Positions 28,500 to 52,661 of a stretch of 64,000 nucleotides of DNA are shown in pieces. How positions within the stretch are numbered: position 1 is the first letter of the stretch; every line of letters starts with the position of its first letter. Made by a program: the position numbers and the translations under genes. The notes beneath the pieces are model-generated. The model did not search any database. It had not been told where the DNA came from and was given only the letters and a program-made list of their open reading frames with translations. The stretch lies in assembly GCA_040954595.2 (NCBI GenBank), contig CM082594.2, positions 3,023,319 through 3,087,318 on the forward strand, given 5' to 3'. The stretch is from Balanoglossus misakiensis (lineage: Eukaryota; Animalia; Hemichordata).

Positions 28500-31400
28500 G
28501 CTAAACGCAATCGATCTGTGACTAAGAGATAATAACTATCATGGGTTTGAACGACGCAAGATTGTACTGGTTAATGATCATCACTTTCCATAAATTGCCA
28601 GTTAAAAGTGGCAATTGTCATGCACAATGTACAGTAAAGTCCTTTACCGAAATTGCCAACGCTGCTGCATCAAGTTCGTCTTTACCCAGGGATGCACAAA
28701 ACGTCATGCTGATAACACCAAATGCTGTTCCAGTGCAAAGCACAATAAACTATACAGAGAGCGAAAAAATGCAAAACAAGCGTTTTAAAATGAAAAGCTG
28801 TTTACAATCAGTTATTATGGTGTCATCCGGTTCACAGTGCGCCATTGCAGAGTGAGAAAATCTCCGGTGCCTACACTCTAAAGTGCAGCGTTCAGCGATT
28901 GAACATATATTAGAACACATAATTGTACCACTTTTTGAACGCAGTACAAGTGTTCAGTACGACAACCAGAACGCATGTGTTCAGATATTGAACACATAGT
29001 GTGTTCGTTTTTGAACGCATTACATATGTTCTAAACCTTCATGAAATAGCTACGCGTCAATCCAATGTAATAGTTTTTGAACACGGTCTATAGACAAAAC
29101 CCCACAGCCATACGATGAGTCGGATGCTGTAAGTAACCAGTGGACTATGATGCCTCCCCAATATATCCGACCGTGTTCATAACTTCGGACGAGGCATTTT
29201 TACGCGGGATTATGATAATTCGAATTAGTGTACACATCAAAATGTCAACTTACGAGAGGCAGCGACAGTCTTATTATTGCTGTTGATTCCTTCACAAAAT
29301 TATTATCAAAGTAGTCTTTGTTTATTGCACCCAGGTTACTGTTGCCGTGAATTGCCACGCTTTCCATAATGCGCCTGCAAGACAAGTCAGTGGAGATACG
29401 TTAATATCAAGTTTCAACTTTTAGAACTGTAAATTGCAACGAACACGAGTGAAATGTGTTATCTGACATCGATCAAACTGTATAAACTGACAGACAAATC
29501 CCGCTGTGAGAAACGTTACCGTTAAGTTGAGCGTTCGATGTAAAACTAACCTCTGGGATTCATTATTTTTTTAACCTTCCGTAATAGTGTGATATTTTTA
29601 GTTCTGTCAAGTCAGCTCTAGTTTTTAAGTTAGTGGAGCATTGTGCACATTAATTAACTTTCGGTGTATTTTTTTATACGCAGATAAATAAATTCCACAT
29701 GAGTCTTTCATGTCAAACTCTGATATCCACACTTTCTGATATGAACATGTTTCAAATCATGTTGCAGGCGATATTTCCAAGCATACTTTCCCCGCCATAT
29801 TTAATTCTATAATGTTTAAAAGTATTCTTCATAAATATGCATTATTGCTAACTACATGTACACGTGAATCTCTCGCGCACAGAGCAGGTCATTTTTGAAT
29901 GTAAGCTTGCCTATAGTCCTGACATAATTTAAATTTTATGGGTTTGATGTTTTGTTAGAACTATTTGAGACAATTCTGAGGAGATTCACTTGTAAACAAA
30001 AATGACTTGGTTCGTATAAACATTAAAAGAAACACCGTATAGGATATGCATTTATAACACAGCCGAGAGTGAACTAGATGAGAGAGTCTTTATATACTCA
30101 GATACAACCAACACGAATTTACCACCAAACAGAACAATCACTAGGTCATGGGTCATGTCCAGTAGGTCCGGGGTTGCCCTTCCTCCAAAACAGAAGTGTC
30201 ATGTCAAGCGCCCTCGCACAGAAACTATAATACACAGCGTCCGTTACACATTTCTCATAAAAAAACTATTATTAAAGCTTTAAATTGAAAAGGGGTATGT
30301 AGGCCATATGTCACGCCAGCGACGGTAAGTCCAACTTGGGGGCAAAGGGGTTAGGGTGTTCTACAAATTTTCCCACTCTTCAATCAAGACACGCAGCGCA
30401 GCGCGAGTCGTATACTGAACAACAAGACCTCTCCCATCGTATTTCGGAAGACGTAACCAAAACCTAAACCCACTGGGGTGTACTTAAATCATTACTCAAT
30501 CCTACGAAAGTATAGGACAGCAAACTGCATGTTTTGTCTGACAGTATGGCCTCCGTTGTAGACACAGTTGGCGACACTGACTGATCACAAGTAAAAGGAC
30601 ACGTGAAAAGTGTATTCTACAAGAATAAAATTATAAATAAGAGATAAAAAATACCTGTGCTACAGTGTACTTCAGGCTTAAACGGTTCGTTACGTTAACG
30701 AACCACACGGCAGAATAACTCTGTTTATACAACCCGACTGATGATTTACATGGTCATGCGCAGTGAGCGTACGGAAATCCCGATCAACCTTGCCCCAGCA
30801 CAGACTATTAATAGAGAGGTTTAGTTACACGTATATACGTTCAGTACAAGTATAGCGTCGTTGTCACATGATAACCAGGCGTCTCTGACGCGTAGAGCAG
30901 ACGGTCTGCCGTATGTTCCAAACCAGCAGTATTTCCTGTTTTTAAAGATGAAAACATCTTGTTTTTAAAGATGAAAACAATTATTTATACCCATATTTTC
31001 AGTGGTCGCCTCGACAAAAATATCGGAAAACTTAAAATATATTTCCATGGCCGTGAACAAACTTATGGCAAGGGTGGTGATCTTAGAGAATATTCATCAC
31101 ACGCAAAATTTATTGAAGTGAAAACATATTTGAATTTTCCACTCTATTGTTTTGAAAGCTGGTGCCGGCTAACAAAAAAAATGAAGGGCGCGGCAGTATG
31201 TATGTATGAGGATGACGTCGAAACATGTCAATGCTTCTGGTAAAGGGCCTTCACACGACGCGATAACACACCACACTATTTTGCTCCTGAATGCGTCGTA
31301 GACGAAAGTGGACGAGTTCAATATTGCGGTAACTGGCCAGCTCGGCCCGTTCCCGCGGAAACACTAATATCAATATGGTGCCTCGGAAGGCTATCTGATA

Positions 31401-33227
31401 CCTAAAGTGCGAGTCGTACTTTGTCGCAAGTCGCTATCTTCGACTGTCTCAAATGCTATTTGTAACTGATATCTGCGAAAACTTTGAATTAGGTCCACGA
31501 TTGTTTGCAGTCGACCCCGGGTCAACTTGACCATAGACGTATCCGTACTGCGCTACGATACGACGAAGTTGCGGATATAAGCGATTTTTCCCTACTAGCC
31601 CTAAATTTTAAACATAACTATAAAAAAGTCCTGATTTATCGAAAGTGGAAGAAGAAAAAGTAGAAAATGGATCTATAGCAGACGAGAATTCTAGAAACAT
31701 GATACGCGGTTTTCTTTCCATAGTTTGTTCGAAAGATCAGGACGCCGCGTGAGCAGAATGTGAAAAGCGAGGTTTATGATAGACGGTCACACTTTCGAGA
31801 AACATGTTTATACCTGAAGGCCTTGAAATAGTAATATGACGTTCAGACAGGCAGCTACATACTTAATAAGGCATGAATTGACATTACATTTGCCACCGGT
31901 TAAATTCAAGAATATTCATGAAATGCTAAGCATAATTTGGTTTACTCAAGGATACATGTAGTTATTTTGCATGTAGGATGTAGTTTATTTTGATGCCAGT
32001 CCGCTACTTTTTTCCTCCGAAATACAGACTCAGGGTAGGCAAAGCCTGTGACGCCTTAGGATGACCCTCTATAAAATATTCAACCATATTCTCAGTGGAA
32101 TATGTATTCAACAATAAATGATTACTTACAACGTAGTACATTGAACTAGCCAGATCAAGTTAGCATCGAATAGACAATATCAACATTCATAACATTTTTA
32201 AAATATACACCAAGGACGTTGCCCGTAAAATATTCTAATGCTGCGGGTATTTTTTATATTATGCGCGGTTACCTTGGCAACGACTTTAGACAATGGTGTA
32301 CATGTACCAACGGTATTTAGAAAATTCATTTTTGATTATCCAATGTTTAAGCAAATAGTCAAAAAGTCTACTTTTGAGTTTTAATATTTAATTTGTATAC
32401 ACTTTCCAGATTCGACGGTAACCTTGCACCAGAAACATCATGCAAAGATTGGAAGGATGTTAACGAATAAATTACCCATTTTAAATGTTTTTTTATCCCG
32501 TTTGGTTTAGAAAGTAGTCAGTATATGTATTCAGTAACGGGCGTGTTAATTTATGCGTGGTTACCATGGTATTGTGTGGGGAAAGTACGGATTCTAAGTT
32601 TGGGAAACCCAATATGGTATCCATTCAAATATTTCCACCATAGAAAAACTATAGCAAGGGAGCAAGGGAGAGCAAGAAAAACACTGAGTCAACATGTCCC
32701 CCACAATATTTTAGGCACTCTAACTGAAAAAGTAAGATGGGAATACTTCATTTTATTTTTATTTTTCTTATAAAAATCCACTGATCATTTTTCTTCTAAA
32801 TTTAACTAATAACATCAATTCGCTCAATGTATTATTTTGAATCAATCCACAAATAATGTGATGCATGAGTACATGTCGATATTTTACTTTCATTGGGAAA
32901 ACCAATGTACAGTATGTATAAGCTCTCCGAAATGACAATATATCAAACGGCTTTACCTCCTTTGGTTCTGCTTTCTCTTAACCATGATCAGAAGTAATCG
33001 TGAACTCCTCGAACATCAGGCAAATCCCTGTTTGTGCAAGTACACGAGTCAATGCTTCTGCGTTTACTCGCACATGCGTGTTGTGTCGCGTCCGCCCATT
33101 CAATGAGTTATAGCGCCCTCGTCAAGTTATCGTGTTTTTTTTCGATTTTTTATCCATGACTCGATTAATTCACAAGTCACGCACACCAAAATCTGAAATC
33201 TGATTAGCCGTTCTTGAAATATCGTGC

Positions 33228-33252
<25 letters not shown>

Positions 33253-33260
<8 letters not shown>

Positions 33261-33404
33261 TACACACACAGAGAATAGGCGGCGACATTAGCTCACGTGT
33301 TTAATAACTAATAATTTCTCAATAGCGCGACAGACATACACACACAGAGAATAGGCGGCGACATTAGCTCACGTGTTTAATAACTAATAATTTCTCAATA
33401 GCGC
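33253..33404. repeat. 76-bp tandem duplication next to an (ACAG)n tract
   Basis: acagacatacacacacagagaataggcggcgacattagctcacgtg...ctcaatagcgcg occurs twice head to tail. Confidence 0.9.
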
Positions 33405-33868
33405 GTCACGCTGTATGACAAATCATGCAGCTGATATTATAGTACATAGAAAATATGATTGCACAAGGAAAATGTGTTAGTTATCACACATATGGAAGTA
33501 ATATTAGTTTGAGCTTATTCATGTGTTTATTTTTGTTCTACCTTTGCTCTGGAACATGTAGTGAAGTTTAATATTTTTAGCCATGATGTATAATCTTTCG
33601 ATCTGCCAGGAAATGAGAAAATATTAATAATGGAAATCAACCTCGAAACGGTAAAAAATTATCATGTTGAGAGAGATTATAATATTATCATAATAACGTC
33701 GATTTTGCAGAGTCGAAAAATACCGGAAAATAGCCAAATCACTTATTATCATAATCACACGTCGAAGTTTTAAGTAGCAGTATGTCTCGTATATCCCAGT
33801 TGGACCCGTTTTACATTTCCACACAGACAGGTCCTGTTGAAGTTTTGGCGTTCATGTGTAGTGTTGAG

Positions 33869-45025
<11,157 letters not shown>

Positions 45026-45661
45026 TAAACAGATATGATTTCGCATGCCAAAAATACCACTGTACATATACTAGTAGCGACTATCGAATGTTATTGTTCA
45101 CTGTCAAGTCTGGTCCGAACTTGTTACAATTCGTCACAACTAGAACTCTGACTTTACCTGTAGTGACTCTTTTTAAAGAAAATATGCCTTATAGAAATGG
45201 AATGTTATACATATTCTTAAATGTTGCCTTTAACCTTTCCCTGTGGCACAGGAGATTACATTTAATACTGTGAATGTTGGAACATAGAAGAGTGGTCCAA
45301 TGCAATGAATATATATACCAATGGAGACATACTGGTAGACAAGGAAGCTACGGATCAGTGAGACTAACTGAAGATGTACACCGTTTCATTGCATGTTCAT
45401 TTCAATTCCAGCAATTTCATTTATTATGATGTAAACGCTTGCTTCTCTTCAAAAAGTAAACCCACTCATGGAATTGTAGCATAAAACCCGTGTGTTAATG
45501 GCTTTTGCTTGTGGTGATTGTCAAAACAAATTCAGTTTAACGTTCAGAAATAAAGCAAACAGGCTGGTTGGCAGGGTCTCCCCAAACAGTTGGAACAACG
45601 CTGATGATGTGTTAATAAGGAGAAGTTGGCACCTGCGCAGTTCCGACGAGGCCCCTTCCCT

Positions 45662-47379
45662 TTAAGACAAATATACTGCAATTATGATTACAACGATGAG
45701 AAGGGCGACGACTGAAATTGCTATTATAGCTATTTTTGTCTTCCGCGAACTCGCTGACGTTGCTGGGGTTTGACATGCATGCCACACATACATGCGAGCT
45801 AGTTCAGGTGGCGCCAATTGATGGCCATGCTGTACCCTTGACACCATTTTAGGGGCAATATGTCGTTTGAACGTAGCGACACATTCCACAATCTGCTGTG
45901 ACACATCTTTTGCGTCGTTCTCGCTCCTCAACAAAGGGTATACACCATCTACCGTCTTGAGTCCAATTCTTCCTGCAAATTCAAACGCACGGTGTTGAGT
46001 GGTTACGTCACAACAGAGATGGTTCATGTTTGCATAAACATCTAATGCTACATTTGGGACATTCACGTTTGGCAAAAAGAATGGTTTGATCGGAGAAACA
46101 AGAAATAAGAAAAGTGACTAAAACAATGTTGTCACCACGGATATGAAGACAAGGGCAATCAAACAACAGAACTTGCAGAGTTTGTTGACCCCACCATATC
46201 AGTATACGACAGGGGAGTTTCACACTTTAAATTAATATACTCACGTATTTCCGACTCCACCTCTTCGCCGCGTTCAATCATTCTTCGGAAACACTTGTGG
46301 CAATGGCACAGAAGCAGGACTCTGTCAAAGGTGTGTCGACGAAAGCCGGCCATCAAGCGAGGGCTCGAAGCAGCTGATCCGTAGGTGGTTGCAGATACTA
46401 TATCATTCAACTGGCTCCGCAGGGCCATAGACACCCGGTCAGTTTCGCACACTTTTACGTACTCGATGCTGCCGTTGTAAAATATTCTTATTCTTCCCGT
46501 TTGGTGGCCAGTCTTTTCGAAACAGAAGTAGCGGAATGCAGTTGCTAATTCACCATCGACCGAACCCCCGCTGGTAAGCAGTGGTTGATTGGACAGAATG
46601 TTTGTGATATTGGTGTCAGTGCCCGTTCCTCCAATGACAAGAATGTTGACATCCTTATCGGTTATAATATCAGGTATCGTCGGAATTTTCTGCAAGTAGC
46701 TTTGTAACTTCGATTTCTGGAGTTCATTGAAGTTTTCGAAAATGCTAAAACACCTCCCATTTTCAGCCAGTGAGTTAGCAAGCGTATCATTGTAGCTCCA
46801 GGTTCGCAGCCAAGTTTTGCCGATAATTTCATCCTCGCCCAAAGTCTTAGAGTCTCCATCGTGATACAACACGATCAAAATGGAACCTAGAAGCAGACAG
46901 AAACATTTGTCTTTAAACAGTGTCATATATTGTATAAAGTATCCACACTTTCATAATAAGACACATTTTGTACAGTTTCGTTTTATTAATGCCCCTTTAA
47001 AATATGTGCGTGCGAGGACATCTTACATCGAGTGCATGTACAGCAGAATGTCCTACAACTCGCATTCAGTTTTTTTGTTATCAATATTGAACATGTGAAT
47101 GCACATACCTTTGGGTGAAGTTTTTTCTCTCAACATTTTCAGTTCATCCCAGTGGTCGACATTTCGATCTCTTCTTTCAGGAGTGATAAGGGTTCTTGTT
47201 TGTTTCACGTCAATGACGATCACGGCGGTTACAAGACCACCGACACTGCGAGCAGGGTCGTATTCCACAACACCAGCGCGTGGTAGGATCTCCTGTAGTC
47301 TGTTCCTCACCTGTTGACCGGCAGCCTTGAAAGACGCCAACTTGAAGTACACAACGACGGTTTGGTTTTGCTCACTCAT
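45662..47379 (-). CDS. Gene A: TIR/SEFIR-like alpha/beta domain, degenerate IFI44-like (pseudo)GTPase and C-terminal TM anchor, 432 aa
   Basis: Exons 47379-47109, 46886-46245 and 46047-45662 join in frame (1299 nt, phase-1 introns). The N-terminal ~165 aa are homologous to gene B. It continues with VNILVIGGTGTDTNITNIL and EIPLDVYANMNHL and ends RKTKIAIIAISVVALLIVVIIIAVYLS*. The gene model is well supported; the domain names are inference. Confidence 0.8.
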
Positions 47380-47485
47380 CTTACCTAAATATATGACCAG
47401 ACAAATTATGAACTTATTGACTGACCATACATCCATTCTTCGGAACATGCACCACGCGTCTGTCTGTCTGTTTGTTTGTTTGTCT

Positions 47486-48723
47486 GTCACTCACTCACTC
47501 ACTCACTCACTCACTCACTCACTCACTCACTCACTCACTCACTCACTCACTCACTCACTCACTCACTCACTCACTCACTCACTCACTCACTCACTCAGTC
47601 AGTCACTCACTCACTCACTCACTCACTCACTCACTCACTCCCTCACTCACTCACTCACTCACTCACTCACTCACTCACTCACTCACTCACTCACTCACTC
47701 ACTCACTCACTCACTCACTCACTCACTCACTCACTCACTCACTCACTCACTCACTCACTCACTCACTCACTCACTCACTCACTCACCTGGATCAGCTTTG
47801 GGATTTGTCTGTCTGTCTGTATGTATGTATGCCACCCACTCACTCACTCACTCACTCACTCACTCACTCACTCACTCACTCACTCACTCACTCACTCACT
47901 CACTCACTCACTCACTCACTCACTCACTCACTCACTCACTCACTCACTCACTCACTCACTCACTCACTCACTCACTCACTCACTCACTCACTCACTCACT
48001 CACTCACTCACTCACTCACTCACTCACTCACTCACTCACTCACTCGGATCAGCTTTGGGATTTGTCTGTCTGTCTGCACTCACTCACTCACTCACTCACT
48101 CACTCACTCACTCAGTCACTCACTCACTCACTCACTCACTCACTCAGTCACTCAGTCACTCACTCACTCACTCACTCACTCAGTCACTCACTCACTCACT
48201 CACTCACTCACTCACTCACTCACTCACTCACTCACTCACTCACTCACTCACTCAGTCACTCACTCACTCACTCACTCACTCACTCAGTCACTCACTCACT
48301 CACTCACTCACTCACTCACTCACTCACTCACTCACTCACTCACTCACTCAGTCACTCACTCAGTCACTCACTCACTCCCTCACTCACTCGGATCAGCTTT
48401 GGGATTTGTCTGTCTGTCTGTATGTATGTATGCCACCCACTCACCCACTCACTCACTCACTCACTCACTCACTCACTCACTCACTCACTCACTCACTCAC
48501 TCACTCACTCACTCACTCACTCACTCACTCACTCACTCACTCACTCACTCACTCACTCACTCACTCACTCACTCACTCACTCACTCACTCACTCACTCAC
48601 TCACTCACTCACTCACTCTCACTCACTCACTCACTCACTCACTCACTCACTCGGATCAGCTTTGGGATTTGTCTGTCTGTCTGTCTGTATGTATGTATGC
48701 CACCCACTCACTCACTCACTCAC
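47486..48723. repeat. (ACTC)n satellite with a recurring ~45-bp interruption (higher-order repeat)
   Basis: ggatcagctttgggatttgtctgtctgtctg(tatgtatgtatgccacc) recurs at ~47789, 48046, 48390 and 48653 within ACTC arrays. Confidence 0.95.
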
Positions 48724-49897
48724 TTAGGCTCTCTCGGATCGGCTGTGGGATTTGGACTCTATTTGATAATTATAGAAACCGTTATCAAACAATACGCATG
48801 GCCCACTTATGGAATGCTAAAGTTATCACATAGGTCGCTTGTTCAAACATTTTATTTCCATAAGCGAGGGCTACCACTGGTCTAAATATATTGTCCGCAG
48901 CGAAGCCTAGTCATCCGGAGAGAGGTTTTTACGTTACCGTGCCAACATGTCCTTGAACTCTGGGTAACCTAGGACGTTTCAAACGTACATTCTGAGCCCA
49001 CACTTTTAAATGACTCGACACTATGTCACTCTTCCAATAACACAGCATTTCAATACTAACATATTTTAATATCTAACACAATCAAAAGCCGTACTCGGGA
49101 GAGTTTGTCTCTTTGGGATACTAACTATGTCTTATGCTGACGTTGTCAATCCAATATGGCGGTGCGCGCAGCTGATTCACTGGTTCACACCAGTCTCCCC
49201 GTTTTATGTGGCGCCATTCGCCCTGCTTTAGTCTTTACGCACGCAGACTTTCGGAGTTTTCAGCAGGCTGCCATCAAAACGAGAATGCAGTTGATAAATG
49301 TGCCAATGAACTCGTTTAACCAACTGTTGCGCTTCTTTCGTTTTGCCAATTAAGCAGTCCTATCAAATATGTTGATGGCCGGGTAAAGGTCATAGTCCCC
49401 TGGCGCTCGTGTGTGGCTCTTTAGTCTTATGAGTTAGGGCGAAAAGACGAATCGCAATAACATGACCTAGTGACTTACCTTTCTTAAGTGGATAACGACC
49501 AACTCCAGGTTTGGGCTGATTTTGTATCTAGCGTGACGTCGTAGATGCGCATGCGTGTTTAGATTTTTTTTTTTGGGGGGGGGGGCAGCAGACATGTCAT
49601 TCAGTCTGCACAAGAACAACGCATTTTAGGGGGCGTGGCACGATGGCGGTAGAGTGTTACAGTCGTCTGCGTCATAGCCCGTAAACGATATCACACAAAG
49701 TGAGGGTAAACTAGTCAGCCAAATCGCTAAAATAGCTGATAATAAGAAACGGGAATAAAACTCATGAAAACGAAAGAAAAAGAAAACTCACGTACTAACG
49801 AAATAAACTGGAACGTTTCTAAAGGTCAAATTATTTTTAAAAACATGCTACTGGTCATGAATTATTATACTAATATATCCAACATCCAACATGAATC

Positions 49898-49909
49898 GAA
49901 AGTGAAAGT
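49898..49909 (+). promoter_or_regulatory. IRF-E/ISRE-like element upstream of gene A
   Basis: GAAAGTGAAAGT; the same 12-mer occurs at 53038, 53407 and 55026, and GAAAACGAAAG at 49766. Confidence 0.4.
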
Positions 49910-51129
49910 ACTTAGTTCGTGAATTTTATAGTTAGACACGTTGCTGTTCCTCATCTAAGAGTAAAAAACAATTAAATTTTGGTGCGATAACAGGTGATTG
50001 ATTCATCGAAGCAGTTTATTTCCAACCTTGGTATTTTGGAAGTCCGGTGATGGCATTCCTTACCAGAATCTAAATATTGCATGCGTTGAAATGTTTAAGG
50101 GTTATTTCAAATTTTGTCTACGTATACATTTTTGTCCCCTTGACCTGGAATCAATTTTTGGAGTTGTGCTCAACAGTGTGCGCATAAGACGGTAAACTAT
50201 GATGTTTTAAGCACTGAAGAAAGTTGTAATATTCCACGTCTTTACCGTACCCTTATACGTGTATACAGGTATCATGCATAGTCTGGTCATACACACCATT
50301 ATGTCTGGCTGTGCGACAATTAACAGACCAACGAACCAGGTCAGGCGACTCGAAAAGAAGCTACGCTTTCACATACAAGGGCGCAAACTCATTAGTGTCG
50401 ACTTGCATGATATATTTGTCTGAATGGACCAGTCGAGGGCAAAGTACACCAGTGCATCACGTGATCGGTTAAAGCCCTGCGAACGACTGTGTTTACAGTA
50501 AAGGGTTTCTGGCCAGTGAAATTGTAAGATTTGTGACATTGTATTTCAAGATAGGCCTATAGGCCTACCGTTTTTGTATTTGTCCTTGAGAGGCACAGGT
50601 CGACACAAACTTACATTTAAGTATACTGCGGCGTATAGTAAGAACATTTATACCCTGCAATGGCGGATCTGCAGATGAACCTGAACTCCGATATGCACAA
50701 CAATAAAGAACAAACACCAATCCAAACTTTGATGTTTCTGACACAATTTCGTCTCGTCTGGTCAAATCTTATATAAATAGGTCAATCTCGATCACACCAC
50801 AGAACATTAGACAGAGATACTAGAACTGGTATTGATATATGAAAAACAACTTCCCGCTTACGTTTCTGACAAGATCTTTCACAAGTTCCAAAGTACGAAT
50901 GAAAGCGTATTTTTTTTTATTTCCACGTGCTAAATTTGGCGACGCTTTCTACGAACCTTGTGCATGCAGTCTTTGTATTGTCTATTCAGTGTTATTCTAC
51001 GAACCAGTACAAAGCGACCATAGTGTACCTATAACATATTTGAGGCCGCGCTGAAGGGACTGGTCCTGCTTTCAGTTGCTTTCAAAGAGTCGCAGCTATG
51101 CTGCTTACGTGACCCGTGTAGCGCACTCC

Positions 51130-52661
51130 TTTATTTTATTTTATTTATTTATTACACAGATCAACGGGCAAACCCACTTACAGATCTGGGAAACAATAAA
51201 AACAATTAATTCACAAAACAAAAACTAACTGATAAACAAGACACCAAAAAAGTAACACATGTCACGTAAAATATAAATACAAATCAAGGAACAGTACCAT
51301 TAAAATGACTGGATAAAATATATTTAAAACTATGGAGCGTAGAAAAAATATCAATATTACATTTAGAAGAAATCTCATTAAAAGCAGACATGCATCTGAG
51401 CATTGTCGAGAATTTTCTACAATTAACGGAGCACAAGTCGGGCTTAAAAAGTTTTTTTTTGCGTAAATTTCTACTAGGGGCATAAAAACATATTTGATTT
51501 AAAATACCAGGTGAATCATACTGTGAGTGGATAATTTTGTATAAAAAACACATGTCAAGGGTGAGTCTTCTGTTATATAACATTGGGATATTCAGTAATC
51601 TACAATAAATAGGGTAGCTGGACCTGCTGCAGTGAATATTGAGTTTGCAACAAATGTACTTCACAAACTTAATTTGTACCCGCTCAATCTTGTCAGACAG
51701 GCCCTTTTGGTGGGGTGACCACACAACAGAGCCATACTCTAGAATAGATCTTACATAAACAAAATATAGATAAATAATTGCGGATATGTCATTAAAAGGC
51801 TGGCAGAGGCGCTTAATAAAACCCAGAGATTTGAAGGCTCAGGATACTGTGTTATTTATGTGAAAAGAATAATTGAGATTAGAAGTAAGGTATATGCCCA
51901 AGTCCTTGATTACAGAAACACGTTGAAGGGGAGTGCCATTGATAGAGTAGTCAGTAGATGAAATAACCCTTTTCTTTAGGGTGAAACTGATGAATTTGCA
52001 TTTATTGATATTAGGTGACAACTTCCAGTTGTCACACCAGAGAGCAAATTTATCAAGGTCTTTCTGTAACAAGTCACAATCAGCGGAGGAGGTGATGGTA
52101 CGGTAAATCTTAGCATCGTCGGCATACATGCTGAGCTTTGCAGAAATATCTAACAGTGATATATCATTTATATACATTACAAAAAGTAGTGGCCCCAAGA
52201 GTGAACCTTGTGGGACCCCCGATGTAGCAGTGAAGCTGTTTGACGAGTGACTGCCAAACACCACCCTCTGTTGTCTGAGATGGAGATACGACGCCAGCCA
52301 GCTGTGCAAATTGCCACATATACCAAATTTGGCGGCTTTGTACAGCAGTAGTGTGTGACAGACACTGTCAAACGCCTTGCTAAAATCAGTGTAGATTGAA
52401 TCTACCTGTTCTTTGTTGTTCAATGAAGCTGAAATGAAATCAGTGTAAGCCACTAAGTTGGTTGTGGTAGATCTATTTTTAACAAATCCATGCTGATCAA
52501 TGGATATATTTGGTTGAACATGCTGGTAGATATGAGGGACAATAACAGCTTCGAAAATCTTAGCAAAAAGAGGCAACAAGGAGATGGGGCGGTAATTCTC
52601 AATAAAGGATTGGCGACCAGATTTAAAAATGGGGACAACATTGGCCTGTTTGAACTTTCGC
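51130..52661 (-). mobile_element. CR1/L2-group LINE, 5'-truncated, one in-frame stop
   Basis: RT motifs NYRPISLLP, YTDFSKAFD, GVPQGSLLGPLLF, YADD and LEYGSVVWSP; TGA at 51839-51841; A-rich (AATAA)n tail at 51130-51153; absent from the duplicate copy. Confidence 0.92.

Noticed and set aside
47327-48885. 450-470-aa ORFs (THSL repeats) and a CRISPR-like look of conserved repeats with spacers
   Set aside because: The ORFs are translations of (ACTC)n. The spacers are microsatellite rather than unique sequence, there are no cas genes, and the DNA is eukaryotic.
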